From NCBI GenBank assembly GCA_963733375.1, contig CAVTDB010000001.1, positions 32,268 to 96,267 of the forward strand: a stretch of 64,000 nucleotides of DNA. The letters run 5' to 3'. How positions within the stretch are numbered: the first letter of the stretch is position 1; every line of letters starts with the position of its first letter. Made by a program: the position numbers and the translations under genes. The DNA comes from Nitrospirota bacterium (lineage in GTDB: Bacteria; Nitrospirota; JACRHJ01). Of this stretch, positions 22,964-31,873 are shown in pieces. The notes beneath the pieces are model-generated. The model was not told the DNA's origin and did not search any database. It saw nothing but the letters and a program-made list of their open reading frames with translations.

Positions 22964-23566
22964 TTATCCTTTTGCCAATGCTTTCAACGCCTCTTTTATC
23001 AGAATTTCCAGCGCCATATCTTCGCCGCCCACGGCGCAGATTTTTTTGACCGCGTCTTCGGCCATATTCTTTTTATAGCCGAGATTAACCAGCGCGGATA
23101 CGGCCTCGTCCCTCTGCCGGCTGTACGCTCCCGCTGCGCACGGGCCGGATTCCGTCGCGCCAAGGGCGGCAACTTTATCCTTTAATTCCAGGATAACCCG
23201 CGCGGCGGTCTTCGGTCCCACGCCCGGTATGGTGGAGATTTTCTTCTGGTCTCCGCGCGCTATCGCGTCGGCAAGCTCTCCGGCGGGAAGGCCTGAGATG
23301 ATGGCGAGCGCGACCTTCGGGCCGATGCCGGATACGGCAGTCAGCGCGAGGAAAAGCTCTTTCTCCCTCTGCGTGAGGAAGCCGTAGAGCAGTATCGCGT
23401 CCTCGCGGACATGGGTGTGGATATGGAGAGATACCTGGTTTCCGACATCGGGCAGGCCGTAGAAAGTGGACAGCGGAATCGAAGCCCGGTAGCCGACCCC
23501 GTGGACGTCGATTACGACACTGCCGGGGTCCTTCACGAGCAGGTTTCCGGTTAAGCGGGCGATCAT
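22964..23566 (-). CDS. ruvA: Holliday junction DNA helicase subunit RuvA
   Basis: 200 aa ORF with MIARLTGNL..GVGY and HhH motifs GIGPKVA / PGVGPKTA. Confidence 0.95.
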   Translation of the reverse strand: MIARLTGNLLVKDPGSVVIDVHGVGYRASIPLSTFYGLPDVGNQVSLHIHTHVREDAILLYGFLTQREKELFLALTAVSGIGPKVALAIISGLPAGELADAIARGDQKKISTIPGVGPKTAARVILELKDKVAALGATESGPCAAGAYSRQRDEAVSALVNLGYKKNMAEDAVKKICAVGGEDMALEILIKEALKALAKG

Positions 23567-24087
23567 CTGCGGTTTTTTCCGCCGCTGCCGGACGGGCGGG
23601 CCAGCAATGTCTCTTTCATCCTCGCGCTGTGGATATGGCAGATCGCGCAGGCAAGGGCGTCCGAGGCGTCGAACGGCGCCGGGAGCTCAGTCAGTTTCAG
23701 GAGGGTCTTCACCATCTGCTGGACCTGCGCCTTATCCGCGCCGCCATATCCCACCACGGACTGCTTTATCTCAGTCGGCGTGTACTCGAAAATGGGAAGG
23801 TCGAGGTTCGCCGCCGCGAGAAGGGCAACGCCCCTGGCATGACCGAGCTTCAGCGCGGACTGGACATTCTTGGCGAAAAAGACATTCTCTACCGCCACCG
23901 CGTCCGGCTTATGCCTTGCAATGACCTCTCCCAGCCCTTCGTACATTTTCTTCAGGCGGTGGGGAAAAGACAGGCGGGAAGAGGCCGTGACGCGCCCGGC
24001 TTCCACAAAAAAAATCCGGTTCCCCTCTTCGTCCACGACTCCGAAACCGCTCGCGACGCTTCCAGGGTCGATACCAAGGATACGCAA
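23563..24087 (-). CDS. ruvC: crossover junction endodeoxyribonuclease RuvC
   Basis: 174 aa ORF with MRILGIDPGS..AVENVFF..DASDALA. Confidence 0.94.
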   Translation of the reverse strand: MRILGIDPGSVASGFGVVDEEGNRIFFVEAGRVTASSRLSFPHRLKKMYEGLGEVIARHKPDAVAVENVFFAKNVQSALKLGHARGVALLAAANLDLPIFEYTPTEIKQSVVGYGGADKAQVQQMVKTLLKLTELPAPFDASDALACAICHIHSARMKETLLARPSGSGGKNRR

Positions 24088-24162
24088 ATGCTTACCCCCA
24101 CCCGGCGACCAGAGACGGCACCCTCCCCCAAGGAGAGAGGGCTATCGGAAATACTGCCCACT

Positions 24163-24916
24163 TTAGGCTATTTTCTCCATCACGTCATCGGGGATGTCAA
24201 AGTTCGCGTACACGTTCTGCACGTCGTCGTTGTCTTCGAGGGCGTCCATCAGGCGCACCATCTGCTCCGCCTCCTTGCCCTCGAGCTTCACGTACGTCTG
24301 GGGTATCATGGTAACTTCCGCGCTCTCGAACTTCACGCCCTTGTCCTGAAGTCCCTTCTTCACGGCCTCGAAATCCTGCGGCGCGGTTATGATCTCGTAA
24401 TTGGATTCATCCGGCTCCGACTTCATATCCTCCGCGCCCGCGTCGAGGGCGACGGTCATCAGCGTGTCCTCGTCCGCGCCCTGTCTTGTCCACGAGGATA
24501 TAGCCTTTCTGCGTGAACATCCAGGAGACGCATCCCGTTTCGCCCATGCTCCCGTTGTTCTTGCTTAATACGTGCCGGACCTCGGAGACGGAGCGGTTCT
24601 TGTTGTCCGTCAGGCACTCGATCAGCAAAGCGACGCCGCCGGGGCCGTAACCCTCGTACGTTATCTCGTCGTACGACACGCCCGGAAGCTCGCCAGTGCC
24701 CTTCTGGACCGCGCGCTTGATATTGTCCTGGGGCATATTCGCTTCCTTGGCCTTTTCAATCGCGGTGCGAAGGCGCGGATTGCCGCCCGGGTCGCCGCCG
24801 CCAAGCTTCGCCGCTACGGTAAGCTCTTTGGTTATCTTCGTGAATATTTTGCCCCTCTTGGCGTCCGCCGCACCTTTTTTATGCTTTGTGGTAGCCCACT
24901 TTGAATGTCCCGACAT
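24163..24916 (-). CDS. yebC: YebC/PmpR family DNA-binding regulator, frameshifted near 24490
   Basis: [28 protein letters not shown]-terminus. The C-terminal half is in ORF 24163-24459. Confidence 0.9.
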
Positions 24917-24934
24917 CTGTCCTCCGCCTTTTAT

Positions 24935-26281
24935 TTAATGCCCAAAAAATTTTTGGAACACGCTGGTTTTTTCTTTCTTGGTTTTCTGAAGCACCCTCGC
25001 CGATGCCTTGTCCACCGGACTTTCCGGCGGCCTCTCAGGCAAACCCTCCGATACCGGCTCCGGAAGCTTCCTCCCCTCCTCCGGAGGCTTTGCCTGAGGC
25101 AGGCTCGGAGGCTCCTTTGGCCGGTCGACCGGCTTCGGCCCCGGCGGCAGTATCTCCACGGCCGTTATCGCTTCCGCGCCTTCGCCGGAAAGCTCCACGT
25201 CCAGGGATACCTTCAGCGTGACCTCTTTCATCCCGCCCTGGGTAGTAAGACGTACCGGGAGCGAAAAAGAAAGCTTCGACCCTCCCAGCGTCCTGCTCTT
25301 CGGCTCATCGTAAGTTAAAAGGTCATTGGCGGCCGGCACCGGGCCGCTTAGCGCATCCAGCTCCTGAATAAAATCATTTTCAGATAGCTCGGCAACCATT
25401 TCTTCGACCGACAAATCCTCGTACTCTTCGTCTTCCTCGATTTCCTTCAGTACCGGAGAATGGACCGGCTCTGGAGCTCTGGCATCCTGCGCCGCCTCAG
25501 GCCGGTTCCGGCTCCAGTTCCGGCGAGGCTCAGGTCTCTGCGCCGCCTCAGGCGGTTCCGGTTCCTCGTCCGGTATGGAGATAGCAGGCGCGGAGACGGA
25601 TGAGCGGATTTTTATTACATCTTTCTCAACTTCCCCGGACGCTTTGTCGTTCGCCTTTTCCCCGCTTAATTCGTCTAAATTGATCTGGTGCCCTTCCGGG
25701 TCGTGCTTTAAACTATGGAGGATGAATTTCACCATTGCGGTAAGCGTGGGGAGCACGCCTTCGCCTTTTACGGCGGACGCCTCAAAGTATGGAAGTCCTT
25801 TGGGGTTTAAATAATCCTCCATCTCCTCGACAGTCGCGGCGCCCGGCAAGTCTCTTTTATTGTACTGGATAACTAAGGGAAAATCGGCGGCATCGATGCC
25901 CATATCCGTGAGGTTCTGTTTTAAGTTCTCGAAGGACTGGACGTTCTCATTCATCATCATCTTCTGCGAGTCCGCAACGAAGACGACGCCGTCCGTGCCT
26001 TTTAAAACCAGCTTCCTCGTGGAGTTATAGAATACCTGGCCCGGCACGGTATACAGGTGAAAGCGGGTCCTGAAGCCTTTGATTTTGCCCAGTTCCACGG
26101 GCAGGAAATCGAAGAACAGCGTCCGGTCACCCTGCGTCGAGAGAGAGATAAGCTTCCCTTTGTTTTCAGGCCTTATCTTCTCGTACACGCTCTGGATGTT
26201 CGTGGTCTTTCCGGAGAGACCGGGGCCGTAATAGACTATCTTGGCGTTTATCTCCCTTGTCGCGTAATTTACGAGTGCCAC
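24935..26281 (-). CDS. MglA-like Ras-superfamily GTPase with a ~250 aa Pro/Glu-rich C-terminal extension
   Basis: NYATREINAKIVYYGPGLSGKTTN, TLFFDFLP, LYTVPGQVFY and QYNKRDL are near-identical to the MglA G-motifs. The proposed GTG start at 26281 lies 5 nt after GAGG. Confidence 0.8.
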   Translation of the reverse strand: MALVNYATREINAKIVYYGPGLSGKTTNIQSVYEKIRPENKGKLISLSTQGDRTLFFDFLPVELGKIKGFRTRFHLYTVPGQVFYNSTRKLVLKGTDGVVFVADSQKMMMNENVQSFENLKQNLTDMGIDAADFPLVIQYNKRDLPGAATVEEMEDYLNPKGLPYFEASAVKGEGVLPTLTAMVKFILHSLKHDPEGHQINLDELSGEKANDKASGEVEKDVIKIRSSVSAPAISIPDEEPEPPEAAQRPEPRRNWSRNRPEAAQDARAPEPVHSPVLKEIEEDEEYEDLSVEEMVAELSENDFIQELDALSGPVPAANDLLTYDEPKSRTLGGSKLSFSLPVRLTTQGGMKEVTLKVSLDVELSGEGAEAITAVEILPPGPKPVDRPKEPPSLPQAKPPEEGRKLPEPVSEGLPERPPESPVDKASARVLQKTKKEKTSVFQKFFGH

Positions 26282-26369
26282 TAAATCCTCTAAATGCTTA
26301 TTAAAAAAATAAAAATCGAGCCTATAGAAATAGCATGAACGACGGCGCTGTGTCAATATAAATTGGTGC

Positions 26370-27119
26370 TTACCTGGCCCTGACCACCCATGCCGGATAT
26401 CCCTCGCGGGCCAGCTTATCAGCCAGTTCCATCGCCGGTTTCCTCTCCCGGAAACTACCCGCCTGCACCCGGTTATATATTACTCCCTTTATCTGTGCCT
26501 TCGATATCCTGACGTCCTGATAACCGAGTTCCAGCCCCAGTCTCAAGTGTTCCGCGTTCTCCGGGTCCGAGAATGCCCCGACCTGCACCCTGTAAAATCC
26601 CTTTCCCGAGACGTCACCTATCTTTACTTCCTTGATATATGAGATGTCGCGTCCTATCTCCTGGACGATTACCGGCCCGGTGTCCAGCCGGCCTATAGCG
26701 CGCGACGCTCCGCGCGAGATGTCCAAATCCACGTCCAATACAAACGGCCCGCGGTCGTTTACCGTCACTACGCACTCTTTCCCGGTCTTCGGGTGCTTGA
26801 TTTTCAGTTTGGTTCCAAAGGGATACGTCTTGTGCGCGCATGTCAGGCCGTCCTGGTCGAATACCTCTCCGGACGCCGTGCGATGCCCTTGAAAGCCCGG
26901 CCCGTACCAGGAGGCAATCGCCTGGTAAACCGTACCGGCGGGCGGGGGCGGTTTGCCCGGGCCGGTATCCGTCAGGGGCATCCCGTTCCTGTCCACCTTC
27001 GGGAGCGGGCGGTGCTTTATCATTGGCGATTGGGCTTCCCTTTCCGGGGCGTGCGCGCAGGCGGAGAGAATAAAAAAACAGAGCAGGGTTATCGACAGCT
27101 TTTTATGGAAGTCCGGCAT
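26370..27119 (-). CDS. rlpA: septal ring lytic transglycosylase RlpA family protein with C-terminal SPOR domain
   Basis: Lipoprotein-like signal ending in C. DPBB region (ASWYG..TASGE..TAAHKT-like, VTVNDRGPF). SPOR-like repeat YRVQVGAF..NRVQAGSF. Confidence 0.88.
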   Translation of the reverse strand: MPDFHKKLSITLLCFFILSACAHAPEREAQSPMIKHRPLPKVDRNGMPLTDTGPGKPPPPAGTVYQAIASWYGPGFQGHRTASGEVFDQDGLTCAHKTYPFGTKLKIKHPKTGKECVVTVNDRGPFVLDVDLDISRGASRAIGRLDTGPVIVQEIGRDISYIKEVKIGDVSGKGFYRVQVGAFSDPENAEHLRLGLELGYQDVRISKAQIKGVIYNRVQAGSFRERKPAMELADKLAREGYPAWVVRAR

Positions 27120-27627
27120 GACAGGATTTTATAGGTGTGAAGGGGCTATGTCAACGGGTTTGCTCCCTTGGCCTCCTTCCTTATAACCCTCCCCACCTGC
27201 GGGGGGGGGGTCGACCGTTACTCGGAGAGGGCCGGGAGAGGGTGATTTTTAGCTTAATATAAATAAAATACGTATATACTTCATCAGGATATGAAAAATT
27301 GGTGAATGCTGGAAAAAATTATGCTTAACTTTCAAATACTTGCAAAACCAGAACCCGGATTTTCCGGCCCGCCGAAATTAACCGAAAATAGGCCGTAACT
27401 CTTTCTAATATATGATTAAAAATCCCTCCGGCGCCTGAAAAACACATGTCTCAAAAACCGCCCCCAGACCCCCAAAATCGGCCTGTAAGGCCGTAAAAAT
27501 GGCGTAAATTCATACCCCGATAAAAAAACGACGAATAAGTCATTTATATGTGAATAGGGGTAAATTAACGATGAGTTGGAACGCTCGAGCAGGAAGGGTT
27601 ATTAAGAGCAGATGGAAATCGGGGATT

Positions 27628-28059
27628 TTATTTACTGATGAGCTTCTTGTACAACTTTTTCATTTCTTCATATTGTTTTGGATTACTTTGTTGTTCCGGT
27701 GTTGCTGCAGTAATGAAAATACCTTCGTAATATCCAACAAAAGCGTCATTATAAAATTTCGCCAGTTTTTTTGAGAGAAGATTATTATTCACGAGAAACG
27801 CAAAATATTCCAGAGTATTGAAAAAAAGACTTAACCATTTTCTTGTTTCAGCGATATCTTTTTTGCTTTGATATTCTTTATAATATTTTTCTTCTAAATT
27901 TCTGATTTCTAAGAAGAAGGATTGAAAGGTAGCAATATTTCTAGAACGGGAATTTTCTCTTATGGCAAGATAATTAAAAAACAAGGCACTTACTGCTGCA
28001 AGGGCAGCTACTACTGCCCCAATCATACTCCAAAATTCGACGCTTAGTTTAGCAATCAT
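27628..28059 (-). CDS. hypothetical N-terminally membrane-anchored helical protein
   Basis: 143 aa AT-rich ORF with one N-terminal hydrophobic helix (IGAVVAALAAVSALFF). Its ATG directly abuts the stop of the upstream ORF. Confidence 0.6.
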   Translation of the reverse strand: MIAKLSVEFWSMIGAVVAALAAVSALFFNYLAIRENSRSRNIATFQSFFLEIRNLEEKYYKEYQSKKDIAETRKWLSLFFNTLEYFAFLVNNNLLSKKLAKFYNDAFVGYYEGIFITAATPEQQSNPKQYEEMKKLYKKLISK

Positions 28060-28329
28060 TTATTCATTAGGCGAACTATCAGTTGGGGCAGACGCGATAG
28101 GAGTAGCGGCAACGGGTGAAGAAGCAGGAGAAGACGTAGTTGCAGAATCGCCTGAGGATTGTACAAATTCACTGACTAAGTTGCTGTGATTAAAACTTCT
28201 TGTTATATCCGAACTATTATCTCTACCCATGGCTCCGCCTCCTATTTTAATTTGCTTGACCAATTCACTGTAATTATAAGAACCAACTACTCTTTCTAAA
28301 TCGTCTTCTTTTTCTTCACTCATATCCAC
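28060..28329 (-). CDS. hypothetical small acidic / Ser-Pro-rich protein
   Basis: 89 aa ORF with AAGGGTGG upstream of the ATG. It is contiguous with ORF 27628-28059. Confidence 0.5.
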   Translation of the reverse strand: MDMSEEKEDDLERVVGSYNYSELVKQIKIGGGAMGRDNSSDITRSFNHSNLVSEFVQSSGDSATTSSPASSPVAATPIASAPTDSSPNE

Positions 28330-28384
28330 CCTTTTGCTTTGGGTTTAAGATAAAGGGGCCCGAAACTAAGATTACAACAAGTCA

Positions 28385-28420
28385 TAACTACCACATATTG
28401 ACGTAGCTTGTCAATAGTTT
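28385..28420 (-). promoter_or_regulatory. putative sigma70-like promoter with an overlapping palindrome for the 28329-27628 cassette
   Basis: The minus strand reads TTGACAagctacGTCAAtatgtggTAGTTA. The -35 hexamer lies inside the perfect inverted repeat TTGAC-N7-GTCAA. Confidence 0.4.
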
Positions 28421-28487
28421 TCTATATGCTGTATATTTAGAGTTAGCAGAAAATCAGATACACTTCCTAATTTTAGCATGGAACTAT

Positions 28488-28570
28488 GCGTGCAGGTCGG
28501 ATTCCCAGATATGGCAGTTCTTGCAGAACCATTTGGGGACTTCGATGGCGATAACGCATCCGGCAAGTTT
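28488..28570 (-). pseudogene. truncated paralogous copy of the C-terminal half of the Zn-ribbon ORF at 29742-30082
   Basis: Minus-strand translation is ..LAGCVIAIEVPKWFCKNCHIWESDLHA*. There is no N-terminal half, and the DUF1579 terminator sits where it would be. Confidence 0.55.
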
Positions 28571-28582
28571 ATTGTGAAGGGT

Positions 28583-28616
28583 AAAATAAGGGACACAATC
28601 CCGTAAGATGTGTCCC
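28583..28616 (-). terminator. rho-independent terminator after the DUF1579 gene
   Basis: GGGACACA-N11-TGTGTCCC hairpin followed by TTATTTT on the minus strand. Confidence 0.7.
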
Positions 28617-28640
28617 TGAATTTCCGGAGTCAATTTGAGG

Positions 28641-29210
28641 TCAGGCTGCTTTGCTTGGCGCTGCTTTCGCCGCCTCCTTCCTGGTGACCGTCATCTCCAT
28701 CTCCTTCGTTTCCTTACCGCCCTCAGGAGTGATGTACATTTCATACCCCAGGGTGTTGTCATCCAGGAATTTGGTTACGCTGCGCCAACGCAGATGCCCT
28801 CTGACGGGGTCGTCAAGGGTGCTCTCCTGCGTAAGAGTCTTGCCGTCGGCGCTGGCGGTACCCTCAAAATAATTAATACCGGTGCTCATATTGTCGTACC
28901 AGATCGATACGACCTTCCCGGTCTGGTTGTCGTACCCGATGAGGTTGATGCCGTTGAACGTCTCTCCCATCATATCGCCGGTATATTCCTGCTGCAGGTA
29001 ACGTCCTCCGAGTATCATCTTCTGCACGCAGGTGCCTGTGGTTTCCATCGGGGGCTTATTGGGGTCCATCCGCGCTTTGGTCCTGGTAACCCAGCTCCCG
29101 GTCAGCTTCTCCAGCAGCTTGTGGACGGGGCCCGGAGTTGCCAGCTTCTTGTACGTTTCCATCATCGACTCCATGTCCATCTTGCCCTCTTTTTTCTTCT
29201 CTTTATCCAT
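28641..29210 (-). CDS. DUF1579 domain-containing protein
   Basis: 189 aa ORF. MDMESMMETYKKLATPGPVHKLLEKLTGSW..GINLIGYDN..WYDNMSTGINYFEGT matches my recollection of the DUF1579 pattern. Confidence 0.75.
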   Translation of the reverse strand: MDKEKKKEGKMDMESMMETYKKLATPGPVHKLLEKLTGSWVTRTKARMDPNKPPMETTGTCVQKMILGGRYLQQEYTGDMMGETFNGINLIGYDNQTGKVVSIWYDNMSTGINYFEGTASADGKTLTQESTLDDPVRGHLRWRSVTKFLDDNTLGYEMYITPEGGKETKEMEMTVTRKEAAKAAPSKAA

Positions 29211-29390
29211 CTCGAACCTCCCTGCATTTAGCGTTACTTAATAATATAATTATACCTGAAGATTGCCTGCGTCGCAGGCATCGGCATGTATGCATTGGCT
29301 TGGCAAAAGATTTGCAATCGTCAGGAAATGTTCTAAGTGAGATATTTGCGAGAAAATCCATGGCATGGTATGTTTTCAGTAGGAGACGCC

Positions 29391-30014
29391 ATGAAAAAAA
29401 ATTTACTATCGTTTGTTGCAATAGTAGTTGTAATAGGCGCTTTATTGGCAATAAGCTACGCGGCCCCTGCCGCTGCTGACGATGTGCGTCCTACCGTAAT
29501 AAATTGTACCTGCAAGGTCTGGAATACCTATGTAGATGATTGTGCGAACTGGGTCGAGAGAGGCATGAGAAGGGACGGCGTTAATCCGACCCAATTTTAT
29601 TATGAAGCGTCTAAGGTTGTGGCCAAAAGGGAAAAGGAAGCATATATAAACGGATTAATTAACGCTTACCGCGCAGTTTACTCTGTAACAAAGAAGGAAA
29701 TGTATAATTTACCCTACTGCGTCGGTCAGTATGAATCTGCATTAGATGCATATGCCAACGACCCTAAAAATGCCGACGTCCCTATTTCGGCAGCCATCAT
29801 AATCGTTAATAACAATATAGGCGGAAGTAAGGTTTCTATTGGGAGAATCCATTCTGGCCGGGCTAGCGTGCAGGTCGGATTCCCAGATATTAAGACGGCA
29901 GGCTTTGCAGAACCATTTCGGGACCTCGACGGAGAGGACGCATCCGGCCATTATGCATTCGCCCCGCTTCTCCGCATCGCGGTACTTCTCGTAATCCCCG
30001 GCTTGCACCGGTAG
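29391..30014 (+). CDS. hypothetical secreted Cys-containing protein (3' end uncertain)
   Basis: AGGAG lies 5 nt before the ATG. The signal peptide is MKKNLLSFVAIVVVIGALLAISYAAPAAA. The last ~150 nt are antisense to a region that appears to be under minus-strand codon constraint. Confidence 0.45.
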   Translation: MKKNLLSFVAIVVVIGALLAISYAAPAAADDVRPTVINCTCKVWNTYVDDCANWVERGMRRDGVNPTQFYYEASKVVAKREKEAYINGLINAYRAVYSVTKKEMYNLPYCVGQYESALDAYANDPKNADVPISAAIIIVNNNIGGSKVSIGRIHSGRASVQVGFPDIKTAGFAEPFRDLDGEDASGHYAFAPLLRIAVLLVIPGLHR

Positions 30015-30082
30015 ATAATCGGTATTATTTTTTCAGATGAGCCGCACTTGGGGCAGATAATTTTTTCGGTTGTCTTATTCAT
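29742..30082 (-). CDS. small Zn-ribbon protein (CxxC..CxxC), at least one frameshift; true end possibly near 29866
   Basis: GGAGAG RBS, then MNKTTEKIICPKCGSSEKIIPIIY. After a frame change it continues ..GDYEKYRDAEKRGECIMAGCVLSVEVPKWFCKACRLNIWESDLH. Confidence 0.45.
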
Positions 30083-30105
30083 TTTCTCTCCGCATCAAAT
30101 TCCAC

Positions 30106-30978
30106 AATTTTTACATCACGTCCGGAAGAACGCCAGGAAACTTCCGGTAAACCCGAGGAAAGTCCCGACGAATATTATGCCGAGCCATGCCGCGGGCGGC
30201 AGGAAATGTATCCCGCCATCCATGACAGGCATGGCTTTCGAGACGGATATCCAGCGCACGGCGCGCGTAAAGGAGCCCCACCGAAAGCCCGGAAGCCATT
30301 AGCCCCTGAAGCGCCCCTTCGGCAAGGAACGGCCCCATGATAAACGGCCTTGTCGAGCCAAGGAGCTTCATCACCTCTATCTCGCCCTGGTGCCGGAGCA
30401 CCGCGAGACGCAGTGTGCTGTAGCTTATAAAAACCACCCCGACCAGGACGGCCAAGCCCAGGGCAAGCCCTGCGAATTTGAAAGAATCCAGCATCCTTTT
30501 CAGACGCCCGGCCTCTTCCCGGAGGTACTGCACGTCCTCCACGCCCGCCATCGTCCGCAGGGCCTTTACCAGGTCGTCCGGCGAACCCGCCGCGCCTTCC
30601 CCCTTGAGACGTATATCGAAGGAGGCCGGGAGCGGGTTCATCCCGATGCTCTTGATAAGGGGCGTCTCATCAGCTTGCGGTATCCGAAAACTCCTTCAGG
30701 GCCTTATCCTTCGAGGTAAACACGACAGAGGCCACCAGCGGGTCAGCATTAAGGCGTTTATTGACGGCGTCCATCTGGGCCGTGGTAATCCCGTCGGACA
30801 GATAGACGGTTAAAGGGAACTTCTCGTTGACAGAGGACAAGGCCCCTTGTAAATTCAGGAACAGGGCGAGGTATGCCCCCAGGAACCCCAGGGCGACCGC
30901 CAGCGTCACGGCGGTGAAGAAGCTGGTTATCTTGCTCTCCCAGAGGTTTTTTAGCGCGGTAGTCAGAAAATATTTCAT
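30106..30978 (-). CDS. ftsX: cell division permease FtsX, at least two frameshifts
   Basis: The N-terminal TM and periplasmic domain are in 30670-30978 and the core in 30111-30641. The manually found C-terminus MDGGIHFLPPAAWLGIIFVGTFLGFTGSFLAFFRT* is in a third frame. There is no adjacent ftsE. Confidence 0.82.
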
Positions 30979-31023
30979 GGGCCGGATTATATCTGAAAAG
31001 TAATAATTTTAAAAGAAGGAGTT

Positions 31024-31446
31024 TTAAAGGCTGTGAATTAAATACACCAGCAGGAACATCCCTATGGCAAGAAGCGCGAGCGCGGTCATTAACGTCAGAA
31101 TAGGGGACGGCAGGAAGGTATCCTCGTCTATCTCTTTTTCAATCTTCCTGTACCGGATAAACGACAGGAAACCGATTGCCGCGCCCATCGCCACCAGTAC
31201 TATTCCAAAGACGGACGAATATCCCGGGCCGGGTATTTTTTTGGGCAGGGAGGACGGGACGCCGGGAACCGTCCTCATGAGGAAATATTCCGCCTCCTTC
31301 AGGAACAGCGCGAACTTCTCCACCACGAACCCGAACGCCATCAACGCGATGCTCGTCCTTATCCACGCAAGGAACGTCCTCTCGTTCGCCAGGTGCACCC
31401 TTCTGTTACGCGGCTTTTTTGTCTTCTTCTCTTCCTGAGCGTCCAT
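31024..31446 (-). CDS. DUF202 (YidH-like) membrane protein
   Basis: LANERTFLAWIRTSIALMAFGF signature with three TM helices. Confidence 0.75.
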   Translation of the reverse strand: MDAQEEKKTKKPRNRRVHLANERTFLAWIRTSIALMAFGFVVEKFALFLKEAEYFLMRTVPGVPSSLPKKIPGPGYSSVFGIVLVAMGAAIGFLSFIRYRKIEKEIDEDTFLPSPILTLMTALALLAIGMFLLVYLIHSL

Positions 31447-31513
31447 CTCCCTCCTCTTTCTATCTCTTTGTAATTATAACAGATAAAGGCTTTTGTCCAT
31501 GATATAATATCTT

Positions 31514-31873
31514 ATGAAAATTTACGCGTATCTGGCAGATTCGGTTATATTTATCCATCTGCTCTGGATATTGTTCCTGATATTCGGCTCGCTCTGGGGC
31601 GTGCGGCATAAGGCTGTAAGGGTGGTGCATATCCTTGGCCTCGGATACGCCTTCATCATAAACCTTTTCGGATTTTACTGCCCCTTAACCCACCTTGAGA
31701 CATGGCTGCAATCCAGATATTCCCCTTCCGGGGCATACTCGGGCTCGTTCATTGCCCATTACATGGAAAAGATAATCTATATCGACCTGCCCGATTACGC
31801 GATATTCCTGCTCACCGCCGCCCTGTGCGCATTTAATGCATGGGTATATCTCAGAAAAAGAAGATGGCGTTAG
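31514..31873 (+). CDS. DUF2784 membrane protein
   Basis: 119 aa ORF. LADSVIFIHLLWILFLIFG..FYCPLTHLETWL is the pattern I associate with DUF2784. Confidence 0.65.
   Translation: MKIYAYLADSVIFIHLLWILFLIFGSLWGVRHKAVRVVHILGLGYAFIINLFGFYCPLTHLETWLQSRYSPSGAYSGSFIAHYMEKIIYIDLPDYAIFLLTAALCAFNAWVYLRKRRWR

Larger units (their letters stand above)
27250..28480. other. AT-rich block 1 (accessory DNA)
   Basis: Base composition drops visibly relative to the flanks. The block carries two small minus-strand ORFs with their own promoter-like element. Confidence 0.6.

Noticed and set aside
27330-27545. Small hairpins (CCGGAttttCCGG, GGCCtgtaaGGCC) and repeated AGGCCGTAA motifs as a structured ncRNA (tmRNA, RNase P, SRP or 6S).
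   Set aside because: None of the conserved signature sequences of these RNAs is present. The evidence is too weak to call an RNA gene.
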